64,000 nt of DNA from a virus. Position numbers and translations under genes: made by a program. Location: positions 1-64,000 of IMG/VR virus record IMGVR_UViG_3300035670_000089; one strand, 5' to 3'. Positions 8,717 through 16,602 of the stretch are shown piece after piece (position 1 is the first letter of the stretch; each line of letters begins with the position of its first letter). The notes below the pieces were generated by a model. It had not been told where the DNA came from. It ran no database searches and saw nothing but the letters and a program-made list of their open reading frames with translations.

Positions 8717-8751
8717 TGATACTCTGGACTATAGTTTAGTCCAGAGTATCA
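8717..8751. terminator. Perfect 15-bp stem-loop closing the Ubl operon
   Basis: TGATACTCTGGACTA-tagtt-TAGTCCAGAGTATCA, immediately after the E1 stop. Confidence 0.65.
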
Positions 8752-8817
8752 AACCAGCGTGGACTCCTAAATATATAGGTAGACTGTCTATATAAAAATA
8801 GGGAGATAACTAAAACA

Positions 8818-9123
8818 ATGAACGTCTTCAAAGGTTTTATACAATACATAGTGTTATGCTCTTATGATTACTTTGAAGGAAACAGAGAATGTTATCTAGT
8901 GTTGTACCGTAAATTAGAGTTAATCGACTTGACTCTATTGTTACCCTATACATTGTTTATGGTCCTAATGGATATACTAACCGGGGCCTACGGTTTAAGT
9001 TGGAAGACCGCAAGGAGATTTAAAACGATTGAAGAAGCGGTAAGCTATCTAATATACTTGCAGAGTCTACCTCAAGAAGACCAACTATCCTTCCTTTCTC
9101 TCCTAGAAAGAAAAATTATCTAA
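8818..9123 (+). CDS. Hypothetical protein, possibly membrane-associated
   Basis: ORF with GGGAG RBS and one hydrophobic stretch. Confidence 0.55.
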   Translation: MNVFKGFIQYIVLCSYDYFEGNRECYLVLYRKLELIDLTLLLPYTLFMVLMDILTGAYGLSWKTARRFKTIEEAVSYLIYLQSLPQEDQLSFLSLLERKII

Positions 9124-9151
9124 TTACCTGTAAATACGTACAAAGTGAATT

Positions 9152-9385
9152 ATGGAAGTAAATGTAGAGAAGTTCCGAGAATTGAAGCAGAAGGTTAAGA
9201 GTGACGAGGTGAGTATGAAGTTGATGTATATACTCTCCCTCGAGAATGAAGTAAGCGATAAGGTAATAGAGTTCGCTACGAGACTCGAGAGGATAACTGA
9301 TGTGTATATACACCCCACCGGTAAAGTAGGGATTAATGGGATTGTAAACGGGCTACACAGATACAAAGAGTTTAAGAGCGTTTGA
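9152..9385 (+). CDS. Hypothetical protein
   Basis: Co-oriented ORF with phage-like composition. Confidence 0.55.
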   Translation: MEVNVEKFRELKQKVKSDEVSMKLMYILSLENEVSDKVIEFATRLERITDVYIHPTGKVGINGIVNGLHRYKEFKSV

Positions 9386-9441
9386 GGCGCCAGAGAATAA
9401 ACTCAAAGCCGCAACCACTTTAAAAAACAAAGGGTAAATAC

Positions 9442-9735
9442 ATGATAACAAGCTATGTATACATAATTACCGACGGTGAATACTACAAGATCGGTAGGTC
9501 CTGTAACCCCCGTAGACGCCTAAAACAACTCCAAACCGCCTCTGTTAAAACTCTACGCTTTTACCGTATATACGTAGTAGATAAGAGAATGTGTATGAAG
9601 TTAGAGCGGAGGTTACACGCGATGTTATGGTTTGCTAAGGCGCGAGTAATGAGTGAGTGGTTTAACCTCCAGAAGGAGCACTTAGATTTTATAGACGATT
9701 GGATGAAGCAGCACACCGTTGCAGAGAGTTGCTGA
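9442..9735 (+). CDS. GIY-YIG superfamily protein (T5orf172/MUG113-like)
   Basis: YVYII...YKIGRSCNPRRRLKQLQT...LERRLH...EWF pattern. Confidence 0.85.
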   Translation: MITSYVYIITDGEYYKIGRSCNPRRRLKQLQTASVKTLRFYRIYVVDKRMCMKLERRLHAMLWFAKARVMSEWFNLQKEHLDFIDDWMKQHTVAESC

Positions 9736-9745
9736 AGACTTCAGC
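9731..9745. promoter_or_regulatory. Palindrome GCTGAAGACTTCAGC (copy 1)
   Basis: Identical 15-mer at 28423-28437; both copies lie at gene junctions. Confidence 0.4.
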
Positions 9746-9754
9746 GAGGTAACA

Positions 9755-10339
9755 ATGGAAATTATCATTCTGAATGGGCCGCCGCGGAGTGGCAAAGACA
9801 GTATAGCTAAGTATTTAGAGCCCTACGACTTTATCAACATCAAGTTTTCGAGAGTGTTAAAAGACGCGGCGCACGCGTTATACGGTTTAAACGTAGAGTA
9901 CGACCACTTTGAGAGTGGTAAAGACTCCCCACAAGAAGAATTTTATGGGTTAACCCCACGTGAGGTCTACATCAATCTCTCGGAGTTATACTTTAAGCCG
10001 ATGCACGGGAAGAACATCTTTGCTACATTAGGCGCGAAGAGTATACAAAACCAAATCGAGAAAGGGAAGACGAGATTCGTTATCACCGATTTAGGTTTTG
10101 AGTTGGAGTTGGACGAAATGCTTAAGATCTTTGGAGCCGACAGTTTATACTTCTTCTATGTAATGCGCCCCGGTGCTTCCTTTAAGAATGACTCTCGAAC
10201 CTTTATGCCTATATACACCCTGTTCCACAACAACATCCCCTTCAGCTATATCCATAACCGAGAGGGTATAGAGGAACTAAATCTAAAAGTAAGAAAGAGT
10301 TTTGAGAAGCTAGGAATAAAACTAGAACAACCTACCTAA
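9755..10339 (+). CDS. Deoxynucleoside monophosphate kinase
   Basis: IIILNGPPRSGKD P-loop, KFSRVLKD, TPREVY, VITDLGF and DSR motifs. ATG at 9755 follows a GAGG RBS. Confidence 0.85.
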   Translation: MEIIILNGPPRSGKDSIAKYLEPYDFINIKFSRVLKDAAHALYGLNVEYDHFESGKDSPQEEFYGLTPREVYINLSELYFKPMHGKNIFATLGAKSIQNQIEKGKTRFVITDLGFELELDEMLKIFGADSLYFFYVMRPGASFKNDSRTFMPIYTLFHNNIPFSYIHNREGIEELNLKVRKSFEKLGIKLEQPT

Positions 10340-10352
10340 GGAGAACTTAGAA

Positions 10353-10526
10353 ATGAACAGACGTACGAAGAGACGGTTGAGAGAAGTAGAGGGATGGATA
10401 AGAGATTTAATGTTGGGGTGTTCCTTTAGCTTATTCTGTGTGGTAACCTGGTCTATCCTGGATTACAAAGCAGAAACGAAAAAACAACATGAACCCCTAC
10501 CTGCTCAATATATATACCAAATCTGA
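10353..10526 (+). CDS. Small 57-aa predicted single-TM protein (not in ORF track)
   Basis: AAGGAG upstream; translation MNRRTKRRLREVEGWIRDLMLGCSFSLFCVVTWSILDYK...; fills the gap before thyX. Confidence 0.55.
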   Translation: MNRRTKRRLREVEGWIRDLMLGCSFSLFCVVTWSILDYKAETKKQHEPLPAQYIYQI

Positions 10527-10538
10527 GGGCGCTAACGT

Positions 10539-11270
10539 ATGAAGAATAAAGTTATCCTGTTGGGGTATTACGGAGGAGACGAGCGTCATTGTCTATCGGC
10601 GTGGCAGAGCACCAATGTAGAGTTAGGTATTGAACTCCCCGCCGATATCCTAGAAAGAGTTCACCGCCTCTACGAAGAGACCGTCCTCCTAAAGAAGAAA
10701 GGCCCCGAAGAACTTCTCTGTATGTTAGCCAAACACGGACATACCTCCCCCTTCCGTAAAAGCTATCTCGATTTTCAAATAACGGCTGATATAGCCTCAC
10801 ACATTCATAGTATTAAACATAAGGTGGGTGTAGAAATCAACAGCGAGTCGGCCCGCTACAAAGAGTTGGTAGATAAGTACTATATCCCTTGTGATTGGTT
10901 AGACTTGAAGGTCAACAATGAGAGTCTATACGAAGCTGGGTTAGCGCAGTACAAAGACTTAACTTGGGCGGAAGTATTAATGGAGCACAGTGAACACGGA
11001 AATAAGTTGTACCACGAGTGCGCTAAACAGACCACAGAGATATTGGGGCGTAAGAGAGCGAAAGAGAGTTCGAGGTATTTCTTAGGGTATAACAAGCAAC
11101 TTGATTACGACATGCAGATGTCCTTCCAAGCCTTTATACATTTCCTACAACTTAGAGGGAATCCCGCCGCCCAAATTGAAATAAAAGCTATCGCGTATAG
11201 AATGCTCCAACTTGTACGTGATATTCCGGGCAATCCTTTCGAGTACAGCTTAAAAGCCTTTGGGTATTAA
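10539..11270 (+). CDS. thyX: Flavin-dependent thymidylate synthase
   Basis: HTSPF, KHKVGVEINSESARY (variant of the RHR-x-SxRY motif), AKESSRYFL and HFLQLRGNPAAQIEI. Confidence 0.92.
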   Translation: MKNKVILLGYYGGDERHCLSAWQSTNVELGIELPADILERVHRLYEETVLLKKKGPEELLCMLAKHGHTSPFRKSYLDFQITADIASHIHSIKHKVGVEINSESARYKELVDKYYIPCDWLDLKVNNESLYEAGLAQYKDLTWAEVLMEHSEHGNKLYHECAKQTTEILGRKRAKESSRYFLGYNKQLDYDMQMSFQAFIHFLQLRGNPAAQIEIKAIAYRMLQLVRDIPGNPFEYSLKAFGY

Positions 11271-11272
11271 TT

Positions 11273-11419
11273 ATGAAAGCACTGTGGAAAAAAGAGATGG
11301 ACAAGATGCTAAAGAAATATTGCGAGAAGGAAGGACTAGACCCCAGAACCTTGGAGCCTATCCCAAGTCTTAAGAGTGACCGTAATAACCCCGTCGAGAT
11401 GAGTAACTCGAGAAACTAA
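11273..11419 (+). CDS. Possible 48-aa protein overlapping the recombinase 3' end
   Basis: ATG 2 nt after the thyX stop; translation MKALWKKEMDKMLKKYCEKEGLDPRTLEPIP... Confidence 0.35.
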   Translation: MKALWKKEMDKMLKKYCEKEGLDPRTLEPIPSLKSDRNNPVEMSNSRN

Positions 11420-12814
11420 TGCATCAAAGATAAGTTTAAGTCCAGATACATCTGTCTCTTCCCAAAATCCCGGTTGTGTGATAATGCGTTGTAGTTTAGA
11501 TAGATCGTATTTATATTCAAAAGTCTCTTCAAGCAGTTTACTTTTTAGAATAGTAAGCTGCTTTCTTTTCAACTCAATAATATCCACCAAGTCGGGGTCT
11601 TGTAGGGATTCTAGTTTATGTATACGAGTACAGAGTTCTACATATTCTGAAGACTCTTGAAGTATGGACTCACTATCTGAAACATCTTTTTGAGTCCAAA
11701 CTAAAGATAACTCTTCCGCCCGATCCATGATAGCCTCAATAGTCTTCTGGACATAGTCCTCCAAATGATAACCATGGCTACCTCTCTGGGAACATTCTGG
11801 TAATCCTAATCGGGAATAAAAGCGGGTATCGCAGTATAAATAAGTATAACGGAGTTTATTGCGTCTATTGATGCTAGTGCAACAGCGCATCTTCGTACCA
11901 CACTCTCCGCAGAAAATTAAACCAGATAGAGGATTAAGGATAGGGCGGTGTTTAGATGTATCGCCGCGGAATTTTGATCCTATAGATAAATAGTATTTAA
12001 TCTCGGACCATTCCTCCATTGATAATAAGGCTGGAGGATTATAATCCGAGGCCTGCCTTTTGTCCTTATCCTTCCAAAAATATATCAATTCTCCTCTCAA
12101 AATAGGTATGTTTAACCAATACTTAAACCCTACCGCTGTAAGCGGGAATACCTCGCCCTTCTTCGGGCGCCCTTGAATCTTAACATTGTACTTAGAGACC
12201 ATTGTACTTAATGTTTTTCGGAGAGACCAGTTATCCAAATAAAGCTCTATAAGCTCTCTAGCGACTTGAGCTTTGGTCTTATTAGTATCAAGAAAGAGAG
12301 AGTCGTCTAGGATAACTTTACCTTCAGGATTTAAACGATATCCAAAGGGAGTGGCGCAGCTTTTGTTATGAGCGCGGCGATATTTCATTCCTTGGATAGA
12401 ATTATATTTATTCATCTTTTGGGTAAGACTGGCCGCGGCGGCCATTACAGTATTGGTAAATTCTCCGTAAGGGGTATCAATATCTATACGCCCTTTATCT
12501 AATAAAACTACTTCTACTCCTAACTTCTGTAACTCTTCCGCTGCGTGTTCCCAATCCAGGACATTACGAGTAAATCTATCAAAACAAGGAACCACCAATA
12601 CATTTGATGTTCCAGTGCGTAACCGCTCCATTACAATCTGGTAACCGGCTCTTTTAGAAGTAGCCCCGGACTCAATATCCCAAAAGATATTTTCCTCGGA
12701 CACTCCATACTTACGGAGTTGTTGTATATATCTCTCTAGGGCATGTCCTTCTGTAAACTGTCTCTGAGTTGATACTCTACAATACCCTATTAATCTCTTG
12801 TCCTCCTTACCCAT
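11336..12814 (-). CDS. Large serine recombinase (integrase; XisF-like architecture)
   Basis: Catalytic Ser in IGYCRVSTQRQ, then ESG..R, FDRFTR and PFGYR; zinc ribbon LSGLIFCGECG...YLYC...C; coiled coil. Confidence 0.95.
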   Translation of the reverse strand: MGKEDKRLIGYCRVSTQRQFTEGHALERYIQQLRKYGVSEENIFWDIESGATSKRAGYQIVMERLRTGTSNVLVVPCFDRFTRNVLDWEHAAEELQKLGVEVVLLDKGRIDIDTPYGEFTNTVMAAAASLTQKMNKYNSIQGMKYRRAHNKSCATPFGYRLNPEGKVILDDSLFLDTNKTKAQVARELIELYLDNWSLRKTLSTMVSKYNVKIQGRPKKGEVFPLTAVGFKYWLNIPILRGELIYFWKDKDKRQASDYNPPALLSMEEWSEIKYYLSIGSKFRGDTSKHRPILNPLSGLIFCGECGTKMRCCTSINRRNKLRYTYLYCDTRFYSRLGLPECSQRGSHGYHLEDYVQKTIEAIMDRAEELSLVWTQKDVSDSESILQESSEYVELCTRIHKLESLQDPDLVDIIELKRKQLTILKSKLLEETFEYKYDLSKLQRIITQPGFWEETDVSGLKLIFDALVSRVTHLDGVITVTLKTWDRLQGSGV

Positions 12815-12864
12815 ACACTCTGGTCTCTCCCCTCCTTCTTACAACTCCCCTATATTACTGCGTC

Positions 12865-12912
12865 TTCTGTTTAAAAGCAAAACTCCCTGGGGTTTCTTTA
12901 CTTTAAACAGAA
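12865..12912. other. Putative attP site for the serine integrase
   Basis: 48-bp imperfect palindrome with outer arms TTCTGTTTAAA/TTTAAACAGAA and core CCC-TG-GGG exactly at the centre, 50 bp upstream of the recombinase start. Confidence 0.6.
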
Positions 12913-12975
12913 CAAGAGGATAAAAGTAGTTCAAAAATAGAGGGATAGTAGAAATAGGTATAGAAGGGTAAATGT

Positions 12976-13380
12976 ATGGCGACACCGGAGTTAGTTAACG
13001 GAGTACTCAATCTAGTACAATATGAAACCCCACCCTTAATTAGGTGGCCTATCGTAATGGGGGACACGTTTATCCGGAGTATTGGGGTAAGTGAGAGAGG
13101 GTTTGACTATACCGGTTCGACCGCTATACTCACGCTACGGGATGCAAAGAATGGCTTAGGTACTGTTCTATTCCAAGATGTCACTATACCTATGTACGAT
13201 ATAGTCGTGCCCGCTACTCCTGAGGAAACAGGCTCAGCTTCTTTTACATTGAATGTGCCTATCAGTATAACCTCGACACTATTGGACAAGAAGAATATAT
13301 ATGGAATCTGCCGTATCCTTAAACCGACTTCTACTATAGAGACTCTCTTCTTAATCGATCTTACTGTTATAAAGGGGTAA
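12976..13380 (+). CDS. Putative virion structural protein (Ig-like / BppU N-terminal-like)
   Basis: Beta-rich pattern GDTF...DYTGSTAILTLRD; first of three closely packed structural-type genes. Confidence 0.5.
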   Translation: MATPELVNGVLNLVQYETPPLIRWPIVMGDTFIRSIGVSERGFDYTGSTAILTLRDAKNGLGTVLFQDVTIPMYDIVVPATPEETGSASFTLNVPISITSTLLDKKNIYGICRILKPTSTIETLFLIDLTVIKG

Positions 13381-13385
13381 GTAAT

Positions 13386-13940
13386 ATGACCTGCATTAAT
13401 GTAACGAATTACCCCACCCCTATAGGGATTACAAAGAATGAAGATTCTATACTAGTCGGAAAGAACGAAACGGCTCTACTGGTGAGTAGGACTATCGTCC
13501 CGGCAATATATCTAAGTACCGATAAGACGCCGATAAATATACATATCGACGGAGATTGTCGCTATATGGCATTAATGCCAATGCCAGACTTTTCTTTTTA
13601 TATAGCGGGAGAAAGTATTGCGGCGTTCAGTGTAGTATATCAAGGAAATGATGAACTTATATATAGAGTAGATCTAGACATAGAGGAACAATTACTGCTG
13701 AATATAAAAGGAGTACTGGTTAACTCGGTTAATAATGGAGATAGAGGTCAAGTGCAACTAAACGGAGAGCTATACAATGGCTCATGGAATTGGGCACCCG
13801 AACTCCCCGTATATCTAACGTCTATAGGGGACTTAACCCAGGACATACCAGAAGAGTGGGTATACATGGAAATAGGGAGAGCTTTAAGTGAAACAACAAT
13901 ATTGCTTGATCTAGAAGAACCGATTGTTATCGTACCTTAG
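13386..13940 (+). CDS. Putative virion structural/decoration protein
   Basis: C-terminal AGESIAAF...VYLTSIGDLTQDIP...IGRALSETTILLDLEEPI parallels the next gene's C-terminal domain. Confidence 0.55.
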   Translation: MTCINVTNYPTPIGITKNEDSILVGKNETALLVSRTIVPAIYLSTDKTPINIHIDGDCRYMALMPMPDFSFYIAGESIAAFSVVYQGNDELIYRVDLDIEEQLLLNIKGVLVNSVNNGDRGQVQLNGELYNGSWNWAPELPVYLTSIGDLTQDIPEEWVYMEIGRALSETTILLDLEEPIVIVP

Positions 13941-13951
13941 GGGTAAAAACC

Positions 13952-14467
13952 ATGTCTGCTCTAAAATTTCTCACTAAAGTAAACGGCTTAACGAAGCTGA
14001 TTTCTGCTATCACCTCCTCTGCAGGTGTTGGCGATGCCAACAAAGTTCTCGCCACCAACTCCACCGGTAAGATTGATCCTTCTTTCTTACCCCCGGGTGT
14101 TGAACTCGCTGTAGAAAGTATTGTCACCTCTGAAGACCTCACCGCCGGTGACTTCGTTAACATCTACGACAACGGCGGTACCCGCACTATTCGTCTTGCC
14201 GATGCCTCCACCGATAAACCTGCGCACGGTTTCGTCCTTGCCGGTTTTCTAAATGGGGCTACCGCCAGCGTCTATACCCGCGGTACCAACAACCAACTCA
14301 CCGGTCTAACTGTTGGCACTAGATATTTCCTATCTGCCACTGCTCCCGGGGAAGTATCTACCACTGCACCCGCTGAAACCAGCGGCTACATCCATCAAGT
14401 GGTCGGTCCAGCCATTAATGACACCACCGTACAATTCGAGTACGATGATCCTATCTACATCGTGTAG
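13952..14467 (+). CDS. Putative virion structural/decoration protein
   Basis: GKIDPSFLP, EDLTAGDFVNIY, LADAS...AHGFV and GLTVGTRYFLSATAPG; strong C/T-ending codon bias suggests high expression. Confidence 0.65.
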   Translation: MSALKFLTKVNGLTKLISAITSSAGVGDANKVLATNSTGKIDPSFLPPGVELAVESIVTSEDLTAGDFVNIYDNGGTRTIRLADASTDKPAHGFVLAGFLNGATASVYTRGTNNQLTGLTVGTRYFLSATAPGEVSTTAPAETSGYIHQVVGPAINDTTVQFEYDDPIYIV

Positions 14468-14494
14468 ACCACGAGTAGGTCATAATGACGGAAC

Positions 14495-14519
14495 AAGGGG
14501 AGATTGACATACTCCCCTT
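14495..14519. terminator. Hairpin between convergent genes
   Basis: AAGGGGAG-n9-CTCCCCTT. Confidence 0.55.
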
Positions 14520-14521
14520 AT

Positions 14522-15058
14522 TTATGTATATACGTCCAAGCACTCGCTGTAGGTGGGTGCCTCAGAGAGACCTAAAGTTTGCCACCGAGGCGTCGGTGAG
14601 AGTTCAATAGCATAAAGTTGTAGGGTAGTCGGTTCAAATACCCCATCGCTACCAAGACAGACGAGGAAATAATAGAGAGCGGTAAAGACCTTCCGCCGGA
14701 ACATATAGGTAACCAAGTCCTGCATGGACTGAGAGGTCAAACTGTAGGAAATAAGTTCTATCAACAGCAGCGTAGAGAACTGAGAGATTTGAGCCAAGTT
14801 GTACCCCATCACCTCAAGGGCTGTGCCCTGGTGTAATTTTAGGTTGAATTGGGAATACCACACCTGAAAGTCCACGTACTGAAAGTACTTGTGTCTATCC
14901 AGCGGGGACATGTAGGAAATAATAGCATCGAGAGTAGGGGAAGGAACACTCTCGTACCACATCGCTACTGCCGTCCAGTCCTGTGCGGAGATAAATTGGG
15001 ATAGAGTTGGGTGGGAAGCAAGGCTTTCCATTACCGCAATGTCGTTACTCGTAATCAT
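14522..15058 (-). CDS. Hypothetical protein
   Basis: ATG at 15058 overlaps the TAA of the upstream gene (TAATG coupling). Confidence 0.65.
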   Translation of the reverse strand: MITSNDIAVMESLASHPTLSQFISAQDWTAVAMWYESVPSPTLDAIISYMSPLDRHKYFQYVDFQVWYSQFNLKLHQGTALEVMGYNLAQISQFSTLLLIELISYSLTSQSMQDLVTYMFRRKVFTALYYFLVCLGSDGVFEPTTLQLYAIELSPTPRWQTLGLSEAPTYSECLDVYT

Positions 15059-16329
15059 TAGATTTGCTCCCAAAACTGTATAGTTGTAGCTTCTACTACA
15101 ATATTTGAACCATCACACTCGACCACTAAAGCCCACACATCCGGAGTGCCGTCAAAAGACGACCCAAGAAAGTCTAAACTAGAGCCTTGAAAGGATGTCG
15201 TAGTCCCATAGTTGTTAGCTTTAGAACCTACACCGACCCATACGGAATTACTATCTGTATTGGTTATATCTATGGTATTAGGAACACCAAAGTCATATTG
15301 GATAGCTGAGTCAGAAAGAGATGTCCAAGTGGGTGTATAAGAGGAAGAGAAAGTAGGAAGACGAACTAACTTGATATAGTAGTTGGTATTCGTGCTAACC
15401 CACACCTCCATGTTCTTAACAATAACGCGAGAAGTTAAAGAAGACGGGTTTAGGCGAAACAGTATTAAAACTCTATTATTGAAGGAAGTAGATGTATTAT
15501 AAGGCGTATTAAGCGGGCGGGCTATCGAATAAGTATAACCTAATGCATCGAGACCCCCTTCCGATATAAGAGTACCGCAGATAGCGTCTAGATTCGCGGA
15601 GGTTCCTCCAGCCAAGGTTCTCTGTATTTCATAAGAGATGAAAAGGTTAGCAGTCCGCATATACACATCACTCCGAATGTTCGGGTGCTGGAATACATGG
15701 GCTACTACAGGAACTTGATTATAAACAAACCCAACCGCTACATCCCCTACTCCTAACCACTCCAACGTGATAAACCCAATGTGACACTTTGTAGGGTCAA
15801 AGTTATATCCCGTACTGGTGCCATCAAATTTATCCTTATTCCAATTCGCCTGCGTAACCCGAGAGGTCTCAACAACAGACCCCCCAACCGACGACCGAAT
15901 AACCCAAGACAGCGTAGTGCCGTTTTGCTCTAGGAAGATACCGTCGCTATCATCGAAGTATCCCGCGCGCTTAGTAACATTAGTCTGTCCCTCCCCTAAA
16001 TTAAAAGTAAAGAAGCATAGTAAAGATTTACCGGGTTGATAGAGACCGGCGATACTACTTCTAAGTCTCCGTAGTCCTACCGTCGTTCCTACGGTTAAAG
16101 TAGTCTCTGCTCTGGCTAAAGAATAAGTAGAGGAAGTCCCACTACCGCTTACTTCTCCCTCAGTTATTGTCTTATTACGTAGAGGGCCACTCTGGTTTAT
16201 TACCACTTGAGCTTTAGGTTCGGACACTCTAAGCCTGGAGAACATATCCACCAAGTTAGGCGGAAAGTTAAAGTCTATACTGTCTATCGCTACTTGATAG
16301 CCGCCGGCTAGGGTTACTATTCTACTCAT
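15058..16329 (-). CDS. Putative virion structural protein (beta-sandwich/lectin-like)
   Basis: DMFSRLRVSEP, YQPGKS, GYFDDSDGIFLE, QANWNKDKFDG and EWLGVGDV are blocks I recognise from a widespread phage virion-protein family. Confidence 0.65.
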   Translation of the reverse strand: MSRIVTLAGGYQVAIDSIDFNFPPNLVDMFSRLRVSEPKAQVVINQSGPLRNKTITEGEVSGSGTSSTYSLARAETTLTVGTTVGLRRLRSSIAGLYQPGKSLLCFFTFNLGEGQTNVTKRAGYFDDSDGIFLEQNGTTLSWVIRSSVGGSVVETSRVTQANWNKDKFDGTSTGYNFDPTKCHIGFITLEWLGVGDVAVGFVYNQVPVVAHVFQHPNIRSDVYMRTANLFISYEIQRTLAGGTSANLDAICGTLISEGGLDALGYTYSIARPLNTPYNTSTSFNNRVLILFRLNPSSLTSRVIVKNMEVWVSTNTNYYIKLVRLPTFSSSYTPTWTSLSDSAIQYDFGVPNTIDITNTDSNSVWVGVGSKANNYGTTTSFQGSSLDFLGSSFDGTPDVWALVVECDGSNIVVEATTIQFWEQI

Positions 16330-16331
16330 TG

Positions 16332-16383
16332 GTATTAAACGTTCGTATTAAACTTTACTAATATTTACTAATTAGTATTAACT
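16332..16383. repeat. Short direct repeats in divergent intergenic region (GTATTAAAC x3, TTTACTAAT x2)
   Basis: GTATTAAAC at 16332, 16345 and 16375; TTTACTAAT at 16354 and 16364. Confidence 0.75.
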
Positions 16384-16602
16384 ATCCGCTAAACCCAGTC
16401 TATAACGAAAAATATTACTTAACGGTTCTATCCTCGCTGACTCCCCCTCTTCGTGCATAATAATCAAAACACCCTAATTTTCTTTTAAAGCCGCGCGCTC
16501 CTTTAACTCAATATAGTCTAAAACAAAGGCTAAAGAAAGCGAAAAGTAGATAGAGAAGGCGTGAGTAGTTTGTAAATTTATATAGATAAAGGGGGACCAA
16601 TA

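Noticed and set aside
9424-13951. Recurrent AGGGTAAA/GGGGTAA upstream of several starts as a novel motif
   Set aside because: Adequately explained as a Shine-Dalgarno variant with G-U pairing.
14522-16329. Invertible cassette flipped by the nearby serine recombinase
   Set aside because: No flanking inverted repeats were seen, and the enzyme has integrase-type (zinc ribbon, coiled-coil) rather than invertase architecture.
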